A stretch of DNA of 64,000 nt from Fimbriosthenelais zetlandica (taxonomy: Eukaryota), in NCBI GenBank assembly GCA_977030845.1, contig OZ365113.1, forward strand, positions 10,912,001 to 10,976,000. The letters are read 5' to 3'. Both the position numbers and the translations under genes were made by a program. Position 1 is the stretch's first letter, and each line of letters begins with the position of its first letter. Shown one piece after another: positions 1 to 13,828 of the stretch. Below the pieces are notes generated by a model. It worked only from the letters and a program-made list of their open reading frames with translations, was not told the origin of the DNA and did not search any database.

Positions 1-143
1 CAGGACAAGTCCAGGTAGAATAAATATTATATCTCTTATAAATCACCTTACATTTAAATTAAATAACAGATCAAGATGACGCTGTGTTAGATGGGAATAA
101 AGATATTTTTACAATGATTTTTTCTATGCTGTATTCATTTCAG

Positions 144-3100
144 AATTTCCTTGGAGAATTGTTTTTGGCAACGGGTAAACGAGTACCTACTGGAAAATTA
201 CAGGAGTATGCCGGTTCAATTGTAAGTATTTATCAGGATGTGTTTCCTATTATCTGTCTTGTATAGCACTTCCACCTGCTTCAATACAGACTATTGTACA
301 GCCATAGGCTGTAGCATTGTTGTCCAACGCTGCCATAATGTCCACCAGTATTATCTTTTGGCCATGACTGCATTTACTGGGGCATTAATATCTGTGTGCT
401 ACAGAGAAGTCAGTGTCTGCTCACATTTCAATCCATCAGATATCTGTACCTTTTGTACGGAATGATTTTTCAGTTGATTTAACATTGCTTTCGCCGGTTG
501 AAATGGTCTAGAGCACTGCACTGACCATTAATCTGCTATGTTGCTCCAGGACATTCCTTGTTGGAACAGATATTGTTACCACAATATTTGTCGATGGGAA
601 TGATGGTCAACAATTTGAAAAGGCCCCAAATAGTATTATGTTCCGAGATTTGTACTCAATGTCTCGATTTTCTAATTTGTTACCAGCTTTGGATAATAAT
701 CGCAGGGACCCCTCCCCAGGAGGCAGGTTTTATTTTTGTGCACAACTTCACAGTTCAAACTATGAGATACTTGAATCTGATATGCTGCACACATTTATAC
801 GAATGTAGATTATTGAAAAACATTTATGTTTCTCTGATTGTCATGGCCACAGCTTAGATTCAGCAAATGCTTGTCTCAGAGAGCTTGGTGAACGGCTTGA
901 CAGCATTCCATCCATTACCCCTATCTGTACATGGGCTCACGTGCCTCGGTCCTTCAAAGTGCCAGTTCAGCCAATCACAACATATCATTCCAGTAATGGT
1001 GAATATTAGGGCCATTTTAGCTGGCAGGTCTGAAGTTGATACATAGACCTCTTGGATCAACATTTCCCAGTTACACATAAGTCTGCTGATGGCAGAAATT
1101 GGTGTTGTCACCAGCTCACTAACATCAAAATGTGAAGTTTATGACGGCATTAAGATTCGTTGGTGCACTGCTAAAGTTCAAAATAATATAATTATTTCGA
1201 AACCAGTATCATTCTGTTTTGCTATTTTTGATCAAGACCATGATCATTGGCTTAAGTGAGTTAGTCCCAGACATAAAATTGAAATATTACACTTCTACTA
1301 AGTAGCCTGGTATACCTCAATGCCCATAGGGACTTGACATCCCTCCAAAACTGGGGGCGATGGAATGCCAAGGCAAAGCTTATTCATTGGATACCAAAAT
1401 AATAAGCCACAAGACTCTGAGTGCCCCCATTACATAGGACCAGGCAGCTTTCTACCCTACAGGGGGCGTATGTGTAGCAACTTCCGGTTGACTCACCCCA
1501 TGTGACATTGATTCTGGACGATAGTAACGTCTTTGATGTCGACCTGGCCTACTGTATAGCACCAATATCGATTATGGGAATAGACCGTATGCGCGTACCA
1601 CCCCCATAGTCCTAGCTTCAATGCAAAAGGGTCAGAACACAAAGTCGCCCATCCTTTCATGTACCTGACCTTATACATAGATGGGGTGATAATACATATT
1701 CAATGGGTCATTGCCGGGTAGGAAAGATTCAATGCCTGAGTTGCGGATGATCATACATGCTTCGGTGTTCAGAAGCTGGATAGGGCACCAATGGTTGGCA
1801 GGGAGGGTAAGGCTGTAGGTAAATAGTGGCAGCCCATTCCTAACTGATCTCTGAACTCTCTAATCATTGCACTTCACTGGCAGAGGCAGGACGGTGCAAC
1901 CGAGCTCTGGGGCAGATTTACTTCGGTTGTACACCAAGTGATAAAAGCAGATTTATTGAGCCGCTGTAAGGATAGAAAGTTGGATTTATATGCTTTTCCT
2001 GTCAGGGTGTCCTATAAACCTGTTGCCTGTACATTTTATTGTACATAATATTATTTAGACGGCGCGTAATGTGAGTATGAAAAGCTCACACTAGAACAAT
2101 GTGAATTGACGTATTTTAGCCTGGTAGAATTGGAGGGAAATTTAGAGACCTCGGTGCCTAAATATGCTATAAGTAGTTTGGAAACATTGCACGGACTCAG
2201 GCGTTGAATTGTTGCTGTAATCTAAACCTGCATGTATTTGAATGAATCATACCATTCAGCATCAATCACATGCCTACCATCAACCTAACTCTTGGTCACT
2301 TATAGATTCGTTAGTGACCATTTCTCTGGGTCTGGGATATTTCCGGCCAACCTTTCCCCTGTCAGCTTGTTTCTTTGTCTACCTTCCATCTGTCTTTTCC
2401 CTCTCGTTTCTTAACTGGCCGTTCACTCAATCAAAGGACTGATATATGGAGGCTGAGTTACGTCTCTATGATGTCCGCTACTACTACGTTCTTTTGCTTC
2501 CTCCTGATAGACAGAAAAGTAACTTCTTGTAGTCAATGGACTACAGGAGTATCCAGGAATAGAAGCGCTGGGTCATCAAGCTGATGCTGTAAAATGGGCA
2601 GAAGACTGATCAGACCAGAAGAGAAAGACACCGCTAATCAATCTTTATAACGTCCTTTATGCCATCATATTATTCTGCAATCGTTGATGATGGATTATTT
2701 TCTAGCATCTAACTGATTATTGAATTCTGCATTCTTGTAGCTTCGACTCTATGATGCCAACGGCGATGGCAAATTGAGTTTTAAGGAACTGTCTAGGTAA
2801 GTTCATACCTTGTAACTGGATGTTTTGTCCTCTGACTAACAATCATTTTGGGAAGAGATTAATACGCAAAATTCAACAAAGATTAATCATAGATAAGTAT
2901 TACCCAATATACTTAATCTATTATAATTTTCATCTTTTGTCTTAGACTACTTCCAGCTGAAGAAAATGTACTGCTCAAGTTTAAGGTAAGTCACACGAAG
3001 TCCTTCAAAGCATTTAAAGGGACTACAGGGAGTGAATCCTCATTTATGAATAAAATCGTTTAACATTAATATTCCTACCTGGTTATACTTCTTCACATTT

Positions 3101-6100
3101 GCTAGTATTATATTTTATATTTTTAGGATAAAATGCAGCTTACATCACAGAACTTTGAACAACTTTTCAATCACTATGACGAGGTAAGTCATATGATTGG
3201 TCCACATCCAACTAACTGCTTCGCAAAGATATTTCTGTTCTTGTATATAATGCTTATAATTTTCTAAATAGATTTTATAAATTTAAATCATTTGATTTCC
3301 AAAAATAAATACTTTGATTGAAACGATCTTCATTTATATCCCAGGATGGAAATGGCTCCATTGCCGGAGAGGAACTCGATGTGTTCTTAAAGGATGTGGC
3401 AAGGGCGATAAGTGTAAGTAACGACTCATGACCCGACCTTTCAGTATTTATCGTTTAAGACAAAGTGTCATGGCCGAACATGTCCATCTGAATAGTTCAA
3501 ATGCAGAGCCCCAGGAAAAATATTAATTTAAATTGATCAAATTCTAGTGATGATATTCCATTGCATCTAATATTATAGGCCGTATGTAATTCCCATTTAA
3601 GCGGGCCCACACCAGCTCCTTTACAAGTCATTTATAGACTATTTATCACCATGTTATTCTCTATAGATTAGCATTTCCATTTCAGTGGCGTATTCAGTGG
3701 GGTTTCCAAGTATCCTGGAACCCCCCCGCCCCCGATTTTGTTTTGCTTCATTGTCTGGTAGTTATTCGGCGTATTTGACTTGGGACATGATCGTACGCGT
3801 ACACGGTCTGAGCGATTTCTTTTTCCAAAAGAGTTTCCAGACTCCTGAAGGCTAATTTAATAGCCTAGACTACTTTTTAGGGGTGACCATTAGGCCCAGA
3901 ATACCAGGGTTTCTTTTCATAATTTTGTGGGAATATAGATGAAATAGGCCACCTATAGGCTAGATTTTGCTCATAAATACATTGACAAGAGACGGGAGAA
4001 AGAGGCCTAGTATTTTGTCTAGCTCATAAGATAGTGAAGCAGGCCTCTACAGATCTTTAACTTCAAAAGGGGTTACATTTACAGGGGTCAGAAATAATAG
4101 TGGAATATATGAAAGCTGGATTGTATCCCTGTTACCAGCCTCTGTTCCCATTACATCTAGTAAGTCGAACTGACTACCCCAATCTCTCACTCTTTCACCG
4201 CTCGCATTTTCGTGCCTTTGGCATTCATATGTTGCGCCTACAAGAGGGAGACAAGATGGTAGACACCATCCTGAACTTGTTTGTAGAAAAAAGTGAGCGT
4301 CCAATTGAAATTGTGAAATCCATCGAAGTTCTGATGATTTAACACATACAATGCAAAAGTATACAAAACTATTAATCAACAAGGGCCTGCCACCGGTCAG
4401 AGACATCTTAATTCTACAGGCTGAAATACAATACAATAGAACAAAACGCAGGCCCTCAGAATAATCTTATAAAAATCAATAATAGATAAAAAAAAAAAAA
4501 ATAAAAAAAAAAAAAAATAGAGTAGCATACTTTAGATGCCCCTCTCCACTTACCCACGTTTCCTCCGCTCTTCATCCAGCGATGAGCCATCCACACCAAG
4601 AGTCATCCATGAGCTAATGAGGAGCAGTAACTAGTTTATTCATGAGTATTAGTCCGTTCATGACCAACTCATGAGTATTAGTCCATTAGTCCATAATGTG
4701 AGAATTTAGGAGGGTGAGAGGAGTCGCTGGTATCTCAGGTGGGGTAGGTGGGCTGGAGGTGTACGTCAAGGCAACGACCAAGCTCAGGTGTGAAAGTAGA
4801 GGCAGGTGTGAACAGTTGTGAAGGTGGGACCAGGTGAAGTGTAGTTTTTCTCTGGTCAGCTTGGGGATTGAACCTCCGACCCTCTGATCACGTTACGCCT
4901 AGCTCACTCCATCTGAAAAAAAGAAATAATGAAATAATAATGTTTATGAATATATTGCGTAATATTTCTGGGTGGTTAATTAAAATGTATTTATAATTAC
5001 TGAATAGGAATACTGTAGGCCTAAATGAGTCGGAGGAAATCTAATAGGCCTATTTCTTAATTTAAAATCCCTGAATTTATCTACTGTAGGCTTACATGGT
5101 CTGAGGAATTCTAAGTGATAGCTAAAACACAAGAGCTGAATGAATTTCGGGATAGGCCTAAGGTGAAAATGCAATTCCCATCGCCATGACAGAAAATCGA
5201 ACCTTGGCCTCACACATGCGAGGCAAGCGTTCCAACCACTGGGACCATACATTGTCACCGCTTTGAACATCCAGGTGACTGATCATGACACGTTTCAAAA
5301 AAATTAGGTACCTGCTGTCTCACAATGAAGTACGTGCTCATGTTGTGACAGAAGCTCCTCTCTACACAACCCACAACCTGCAATGCGCCAAGTTGTTGAC
5401 ACGGCTCTCAACTTGTGGATGCTGTAGCTTATATTTTGATTGGTACAACACTCGTGAACTTGCGCCTTACTTACTACGTTCCCTATGAATACAGACTGTC
5501 CAAGGCAATTTTCGAGCTTTACATTTCTAGTGAGATGTGCTTTTTTGTACATTTTTATGTCAGCAGTGTAAGGGGTAGGCCTACCTGGTAACTCGATCAC
5601 CTGCAGTGCTTCGGCATTTTGGTTCTGTACGTTTCTCTTTTTTGTTCTAGTACGTAGCCTATTTTACCATGTCATCCGCTTTCGAGTTTACCACAGACAT
5701 CAAAACAATGTTAGCTAACATAATAATGTTATAATACAACAGTACTGACCTTTTAGGGTGCATATTTTGATGTTTTTGAGTGAAGCAGTGGTCGGATGTG
5801 CGTCCTCCGCTGCTGACGATCACGTGGTGGCAGCACCGGACTAGTACACTTCCTGCGGGGGGGGGGGGGGGGGGGGTGCAAGCAAATATCCGATTAGCGA
5901 TTTAAAAAAGCAAGTTTAGGGTTTTTTTTGTAATAGAGGGGAAAATGCAGTGACAGGATACTTACCCCCCGCCATTTTTTTTACTTCATTGTCTGGTCGC
6001 TATTGGGACATGGTCATGAATAGGCCTATATACTGTCTGAGTGATTGTTTCTCCAAAATAGTTTCCAGACTCCTGAAGGCTAATTCAAGTCCCTAGGGCA

Positions 6101-9100
6101 ACTTTTTTTTTGTGGTGGGGGGGGGGGGGGGTGATCATTAGGCCCAGAATACAAGGGGGTCTGGGTTTCTTTTCATAATATTATGGGGAATATGGATCAA
6201 ATAGACCTAGGCTAGATTTTGTCAATAAATAAATTGAAAAGATATGGTAGATATGGTAGAAATAGGTCCAGATATTTTATCTAGCTCATTTATAAGATGG
6301 TGAAATATGCCTTATCTTGATCTTGATCTTTAACTATAAAAGGGGTTACATTTACAATTACAGGGGTCAGTTCGAACTGACAACCCCAATCTGACCATCG
6401 ACCAGAGATCCACCTGTTTGGCCAATCAGTTTTTTGTCTAGACCATTATTGAGGAAGGGAAGGGGGGTAAGTTTCAGACAAACCACGATGATTTATGGGA
6501 GGATTTGATAGGGCTCATCTACTATGGCGCACATTAGGCCCATGCCAAGGAAGTTGATAATCTCCATTTTCTAAAGATTTAATGGAAATGTTTTTTCCAG
6601 AAACCCCCACTTTGGGGACTGTGTTCTCGATACGCCACTGTTCATAGCCTATTTATCACAATGTTATTCTCTATAGATTAGCATTTCCATTTCATCCATC
6701 ATTTTTGATACCATGGGATCCTGTCAGGGATGTACTGACACCATTGGTCATTTGATAGTTATGCAGTTCATGATGTCACCGTTTCTTTGATCAAGTCCCG
6801 TTGAAAGGCGTGGCCACGCATATAACCGGGAATGACAGTTCAAAAGGGAACTCATGACAGACTGTCGTCTCAGATGAATCTGTTAGCCCGGGCCATTGCA
6901 GCTTCAATAAATGCAACATTATTCTTTGGTGCTGACTACAAAAGATTTGTTTTGATCACCTCATAGATACATTTCTCGGAAATCGGGCCTTTTTTCGTTC
7001 GAATCATTGGCCAGATGCCGGAGAATCTGAAACAGAAGTCTGACAACCTGATCTTATCCGTAACAATATTTCAATCTGATGCATGAAGATTTTTGGTCAC
7101 GGGTTTCCATATTTTAACTGTCAACTGCTGCTAAAACTGAGGTATTAAAAGATTAGCCTCAACTGCTGCTAAAATGGTTAGAGGTTGGCTATCATATTAT
7201 TCCTCCTGCCTTTACATCATATCAGTCTTGGCGACAGGGGGTCATCCTACTTCCTATTATCACCACAGAGGTCGCTCCATTGTCCTTGATTATCCGCTAC
7301 ACATGTGACTCGGGCCACGTGATGGATGTTCTCGCGTTGCAGGACGAGACCTCTTGGTTTTCAGCTTCGGCTCTAATATTCCCCTTGTGTAAAAATACAA
7401 TTTGCTGTGTCTAACACCTATTCAATGTTGCATATGTAATTGGTATAAATGGGACTGAGAAAATGCCTGAAAGAGATTCATGCACCATTTTAAAAGATGC
7501 ATGACAAAGGAAAATAAATCATATTTTTTGTCTCAGACCAAATCCCCCAGGGGAAAAGCCATAATAGTACAGCAAATTGTTTTAGTTTATTAGGATCTAT
7601 AGTGCATGCTTATTTATCTTACTTTCTACATCTAGTTTTTAGAATCACCCATCCATTATTTCCGAGTGGTACTCGAGGTGTCCTACCACAGAAATGCTCA
7701 GAGCGTGCTGAAGGTTTATATGAGTGGTAAATAATGGACAGTACTTACCGCTGCTTTACGACCCCCCCGATGGAATGAACCGTGCAGTTTTACAGCCTAA
7801 AAATGGGCTATTGACAGGGAACTTAATGTGGATGCAGATTTCACTGGGTCGCTCAGTGCTGTTAGCAGCAACAGATCCATCAAGTGTGGAACAGGGTCAT
7901 ATCAGTGATCGTGATGGGTGATGGATGGGTGGGCCAGGTTGATCCAGAATGCCCCCCTCCTACCCAACATGTGATCACCCGCCACACAAGATTATGTCTG
8001 GTATTAAAGTATTGACAAGAGAAAAGGCATGGATATATCAGTTGTAAACCTCCCTGGATGGCAGGCGACAAGCCAGTGATATAGCCTACTATACCTATAA
8101 AGTATAATAGGCATGTATGTAGTATACTGTATATTAGCTAACCTATCATTAATTATTCTCTATTGCTCCTCCTGTGCCCCTCTCATCAAACCGCCTCCTC
8201 CTCTTCGGCTTCCTGTCATACCCATGTACCTCATCCTATTCCTGGTTCATGGTTCACCTCCTCATAAATTCCTCATGTCACATCCACCCCCTCATTTCCT
8301 CATGTCACATCCATACCCCCCCCCCCCCCCCCCCCCCCCGCCCCCTCTCCCTGTCACATCCACCTCCTCCTGCCCCATACATATCCCCCTCTGGCCCTCT
8401 CCCTATATCACATCCTTGTACCTCATCCGCTTTTCTTCATCGCCCCCCTCTTCACATGCCCTGTCTCATCCACTTCATTCCTCCCCCTCTTAGTCTTAAT
8501 ATCACACCCACCTGCTTTGTATTTTGGATTAGGTTAGTTTCCCAAATGCACTTAAGTCTAGAGAATATGATCACTTAAATCAAACAGGGGTCCATAATGT
8601 GATACATGCAAATACTGATTTTAAAACTTTTTTATGGGGAGGCGGTGTATCACTCGGGTACTATCAAGGATAAGGCCATTTAAAACAAAAAATATGAATT
8701 AGTAAATTTAATTATGGTGGTCTACTATGCTGTGAAGTAGAGATATGGATATAGCTTAGGCAGATGTATATCCTGCTTCTCACAAAAAAGCCAGGCCTCA
8801 GGCTTGGATTGCCACTAGTGCCTTCATTTACCACTCATCCAATCATTTGCTCATAAATAATCTTTTATCTTCATTGATGGTGCTGGCGTGTGGACCTGCT
8901 AGGGCAGACGTTATTTAGCTGAGTGGTCCTTTTTCTCTAGGCAGAAGATCATCATGCTCCTCACGTATTGCCTTACTAGCTTATCCCTTCAGTCCCATTT
9001 ACTGTACCGCCTCAACCCACCCACTGATCCAAGATTCAGCACTGAGGAGACCAGATCATGCATTGGATCAAATCAGACCTAACTCGGGTTCTCTACCACC

Positions 9101-9654
9101 GTGATTTCTGTGATGAATTTTTGGTGTTAAATAAAACATGAGGAACCGGCAATCTATAAAAACATGAGAATATATCACCATATATTATACGAATAGGCCT
9201 ACAGCAATTTCATTCCATTCACTATCAGCAACATACATCAATCACATATAGCATGTCTTTTATACTATTTTAATGTGATATCGATGAACGAATAAGAACT
9301 TTAAGGGTTGCTTTAATTGAGGTCTAGCATGTGTGGGTGTTGTGCAGTTCATTTCAATATTGCCCATCAATAGAGCTAGCTACACAAAGGTCTGAATTTT
9401 TCTTAATTATGCCCGGAGCAGAACATGTGTTGCTTAAACCCTACCCTAGCATTAGTTTGGATAATAACATTTCGGCTTGAAAGAAATATTATCCAAGTAT
9501 CTTTTTCTATTTAATTCAGAATGACATTGCTGAAAATCCAGAAGAGTTTGAAAAGTTCAAGAGGATGATGCTGCTGTCCTGCGATGAGAGTGGAGATGGT
9601 GTTCTACAAAAGGAGGAGGTAGCTCTGTGGCTGGGAGTAGGGGATGGCGAGTGA
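144..9654 (+). CDS. Hexa-EF-hand Ca2+-binding protein (calbindin/calretinin/secretagogin family), 3' part; upstream exons lie before the window or were not recognised
   Basis: Exons 144-221, 2741-2796, 2946-2985, 3127-3183, 3345-3413, 9520-9654, all AG/GT-bounded and in phase. They give NFLGELFLATGKRVPTGKLQEYAGSI-LRLYDANGDGKLSFKELSR-LLPAEENVLLKFK-DKMQLTSQNFEQLFNHYDE-DGNGSIAGEELDVFLKDVARAIS-NDIAENPEEFEKFKRMMLLSCDESGDGVLQKEEVALWLGVGDGE*. There are three canonical EF loops and the family-typical 'RLLPxxENxLLKF' linker. Confidence 0.9.
4853..4910 (-). pseudogene. tRNA-derived SINE-like head (same family as 59212-59294)
   Basis: The minus strand reads ...GAGCTAGGCGTAACGTGATCAGAGGGTCGGAGGTTCAATCCCCAAGCTGACCAG, with a B-box-like GGTTCAATCC. 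It aligns with the 59.2-kb copy apart from an internal deletion. Confidence 0.55.
5185..5250 (-). pseudogene. Degenerate tRNA-Ala(CGC)-like fragment
   Basis: Minus strand TGGTCCCAGTGGTTGGAACGCTTGC-CTCGCAT-GTGTGAGGCCAAGGTTCGATTTTC resembles metazoan tRNA-Ala (..TGC TTCGCAT GTATGAGGCCCCGGGTTCGAT). The stems are imperfect. Confidence 0.5.
8270..8490. repeat. Pyrimidine/C-rich low-complexity tract including a 22-C run
   Basis: Poly-C at 8318-8339 with repeated CCTCATGTCACATCC-like words. This tract explains the Pro-rich spurious ORFs at 8113-8578. Confidence 0.8.
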
Positions 9655-12600
9655 TGATAAACCTACCTATCTATACATGGTAACAGCTCAATGACCCAAG
9701 CTACAGATGGGATCGGAGCTGCTCCCATTATTATGAGCGAGTCACTTAGCTGTATCCCAGTGCCACAACTTGCCTCAAAATAAAGCCATAAGTAAAGTTC
9801 TTTTGGAGAAACAACACTGCTTTTCCTTCTATAATACCCTCTGAGGAATGATATATAGAATATCATTGATGAAAATTTACATATACAGAGATATAGTCAA
9901 AAATTCCCCTTGATCCATTGATAGTAAGGATGATCCACAGCATGGAGAAGGATACCAGGGGATTATTGGCTGCTTCTGTATCAGGATTATAGTCGAACTT
10001 CGCTTGTGGATGTACAGAATCGATGACCAAAAATGTTCAATGCTTTGACCGGGATAAATAACTATTCAGATAGTCGAGGAGTTTACGACAATGATACCAT
10101 TGCCAGAAGCCGCTTTCCAAGGTTAAACTCATTTTGCAATGACTGGAAAAAAATGGAGCACCAGGTACGTGTTTGCTGTAGTAAGGAACGTCTGTGAGGT
10201 TCAGCTTTGTCCACTCGTGAATTATCATTGTATCGTTCACACTGACATCATTATCATAAAATCATCTTGTGGCTTGCGAGTTGTCAAGGCAACCATTTGG
10301 CGATTTATCCATAATCTGGGCTATGCAATAGAGTAATTTGCAATAATTCTATTCGTACATATAACCATTGGACCAGAAGTTTGTTGTTATCAGTTATAGG
10401 TATTCCACTTCTTGGTATCTGTCTTATCACCAACCCCATAATTTTATAATATTGTTCGTTGATAATCATGGGTTTTATACCCTAAAACAAAATAAATTAG
10501 TTGGATGTATCAATGCCAATTTGATGTAGGCTATAAGAGTGTTCTTCCTAGCGTAATAGTTTCGAGTTAATCAATTATCAAGATGGTTTGATTCATCAAA
10601 AATTACCAGTGGGTTTAAACCTTTGAGATATTATGAATCTCATGTTTGTAATATATTGACGCATGTATGTGTATAATATGACGAAATGTGTTCAATACAA
10701 CATTTCATAGTCTCATTAATGTCATTTATTATTTCCTCTTGTGTTTAGGAATAGAGACACATTATTATTATGTCTACTCAAATATATCGAATTGGTGATG
10801 CAAGAATGAAATATAGCTAGGCTCTATTGGCTCGTAAGGTCAAGAGTATTTTGCCTTTATTTCAGCAGGAAACTTCCACAAAAATTTCCTAGAAAATGTT
10901 CTAATGAGTAGACTATGTCGCCTCAAGGTTTGCTCAAACACATTCTAATAATAAAGTAAAGAAATTATCATACCAATTATAGTTCAATATATATATATAT
11001 ACATGAACACATTAATTACTCTCTCGATAAGCTTAATATCTAAACATTTTCATTCGTATGGATAATTAATTTACTTATCACGATCTGTATGCATGCAGTT
11101 CTGTTCCATTAGAAATCGGCAGAGAAATTGACATTTTTTCTCATTAATGAGCAATGATTATAGCATCATTATCAAAATGTCTAGGATTTGTGTAGTTTAG
11201 GAAAGGCAAAAATACCCATTGATTATAATACTATATTCTGGGATGATTGTAAATTTCTTTCAATCTTGGAAATTATAAAATAGAATTAGTAATTAGGCTC
11301 ACCATATCTATATACATTTAATAGAATCCTTGTATTCAACCTATTACCAAATGCCCTTTTATCAGTATTCAGTGCTATCATGCTGATCACATATCTTTGT
11401 TATTTCTTTGTTATTTAAGCGTTTGCATGTAAATATTGTTAAATGCTCTGAAGTAAGATAATAATTATAAGAGCTTTCCACTAGATATCATGAATGTTCT
11501 GCAAGGCGCCATCTAGGTATATATGGTTGATGGAACCCATATATTACGACACCGAATCATTTAAGTACAACAGGAATTCAAGAATGAAGTTGTATAGGAT
11601 GCTTTCCTTAGATAATACTTATCTTAAGAATGGAAAGACCAAAGAAAGATTGTTAGTAAAAGTGAATGAACATCATGCCTTATGATCTCTAGACAGAGTG
11701 AAATGGCTGTTCTCATTCTACGTTAATGTATTGATTCCTTCACATCTTATTGAGAGTTGAGCTATTAATTATATTGCCCTGGTAACAGGCCTGTACAGAT
11801 CTAGATGTTACATTCAATGCAATATAACTGCGTCCTTCCTCCATTTTACGATTAAAATTTGGGTGAAATGACGGTACTAGATGTTTTGATTATGTCGATC
11901 GATAAATATGAAGGTCCGTTGCAATAAGAATATCATTTAAATCATCCAGATTTGGTTCCAAACTGCTATCATGTATTAATTTAAGCATGCAACACATAGA
12001 TGAATTAAATCAAATTATACAATATATTATAATAAACCAAACTCGAGTAATTTATTAATTATATTACTGTCGTCTTTGTCTGATGTCGTATTATGAGTTA
12101 ATTGACCTGAAGCATGAACTGCTGAATATACAGCGCACAATGAAATTATAAGATTATTCAGTCTTTCCAAATTTTGATGTTTTATAACCTGGGATATATG
12201 AGATTAATTGATGCCAATACTTTGTTTCTTTGTCTGTTATAAAAGTTCATTTATGTCTAATGTTTTCTAAATACAGTGTAAAATATGTTTCCTTAGCCTT
12301 TAAACATGGTTGGACACGTACTTAGTTATTTGAGTTCAGTTGCCATATAATGAGATTTCTAGATATGTTGCTGACATTTTTCCTCTCCTAGCTTGTTCCG
12401 CAATGCTTTATTATCCCATATTTGACATGTATATCATGACATGAGTAATAAAGCATGGATTATAATTATCAATCTTGTTCACTCTCGAGTGCTGACGTCA
12501 GGCGGGAAGTCTCGACATGACTGGGTTCTCTACGTTTCAGCTCAGCTCAGTCTACGCCCGGGTAGCAGACGGCAGGCCAGCCCGGGCATGAGAGAAATTA

Positions 12601-13828
12601 ATTGAAATCGCAAACATTTTCCTTGATAAAATTTTATTTCTATTTTGCAATCAACGAAGGATTGTTTGGCATTTACAACGATGCTCTACTAACTGTTCCT
12701 TTCAAAGTGCTAAGACCTTTCACATACATCCGCTTCATTCAACTTTTAAATTTGGTGGATCTTGTAGGGCTAAGAAATACAAGTTCAAACTCCACTTTGT
12801 AAGTACCGGTATATTGTTTTCACTTAAATCTAATAGTACCGGATATTTCACAGGTTTATGTTAGCTTAAATAAAGAGAGTTCACAATTTATGTCATGAAC
12901 CTTTCTTCAATTATATTACCGGTACCGGTACGGTAAATATTACTGGGCGCGAAAATTCCTGAGAAATAAAAATCCCGTAAAGTTTTCTTAAAGGGTACGA
13001 AAACAAATTAACTTTCAAATGAACGTAAAATATTCAGATAGACTACAACTAATTAAATTTACTTGACAGAAGGAATGGCCAATCTGTACCCCCGTTGCAA
13101 CAAATGACATTGTCGGTTGGATAATTATCTTATATCTACTATTAACAACTAAATCAAATTAACACGCACAAATCCGAGTATCAGCATAAAGGCAATGATA
13201 TACCCACATCTCTGGTTATTCATCGACAAATCGATATACAGTAATGTATGCTTATCTCGGCGATTATGTCAACAGAGCAAATATATATCACTAAAATCCA
13301 CTATTATTCTTTTCATTGGTACCGTAATACGAATGAACTACCATTAAAGACAATACTATCTTAGTCTACAATAAGATGAGTTGGTTTCTTTGCACAGCTC
13401 TTAAATTCAATATATTTTAATTTACAATATACCATTTTCATACTTAGATCAGAAGGAAATTATAATGAAAACACTTTCATAAGTGAGACAGAGTAAAATA
13501 TATACCCATGATGTCATAATGTTTTTCCTTTTATACAAAAACTGAATTTCTCTACCACAAGGTACCGGTACCATTATTAAAATACTGAATTTTCGAGAGA
13601 AAAAATGCTGAGTCAGCGACATAGAATTATATTGTACAATCCACTCCTCGCCAGTACTTTAGAAAGACACGAAGCTCAGGTTCGTACCGGTACACTCTTT
13701 GGAAAATTGTGACTGTGATGGAGTATGAGAGATGAGATGAGATGAGGAGATGAGGAGGGGGTGGTGAACACTGTCCAGGCACGCACACACGTGGAGAATT
13801 GTTGTAGTCGGTGGTAAGACGGAGAGGG

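Larger units (their letters stand above)
3683..6640. mobile_element. Non-autonomous DNA-transposon-like composite with CAGTGGCGTA...TACGCCACTG terminal inverted repeats
   Basis: CAGTGGCGTA at 3683-3692 and its exact reverse complement at 6631-6640. An internal ~400-bp block is present twice in diverged form (~3720-4190 and ~5965-6395). It is flanked by a 54-bp direct repeat (3631-3684 / 6641-6694). Confidence 0.6.

Noticed and set aside
1-143. Possible additional EF-hand gene exon at the very start (CAGGACAAGTCCAG|GT; DQDDAVLDG frame)
   Set aside because: No exon with both splice sites and an EF-loop-compatible translation could be built.
230-2700. Several 60-99 aa ORFs in the first EF-hand gene intron
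   Set aside because: No recognisable domain in any frame and frequent stops; possibly an old decayed repeat, but not supportable.
7800-7870. ELNVDADFTG, reminiscent of the Ty1/copia RNase H motif YVDADFAG
   Set aside because: Only a five-residue match needing a frameshift, with no other pol motifs nearby.
8113-8578. Pro-rich 126- and 134-aa ORFs
   Set aside because: Products of the C-rich low-complexity tract.
9860-10350. Protein-like minus-strand frames downstream of the EF-hand gene
   Set aside because: No domain match or splice structure that I can support.
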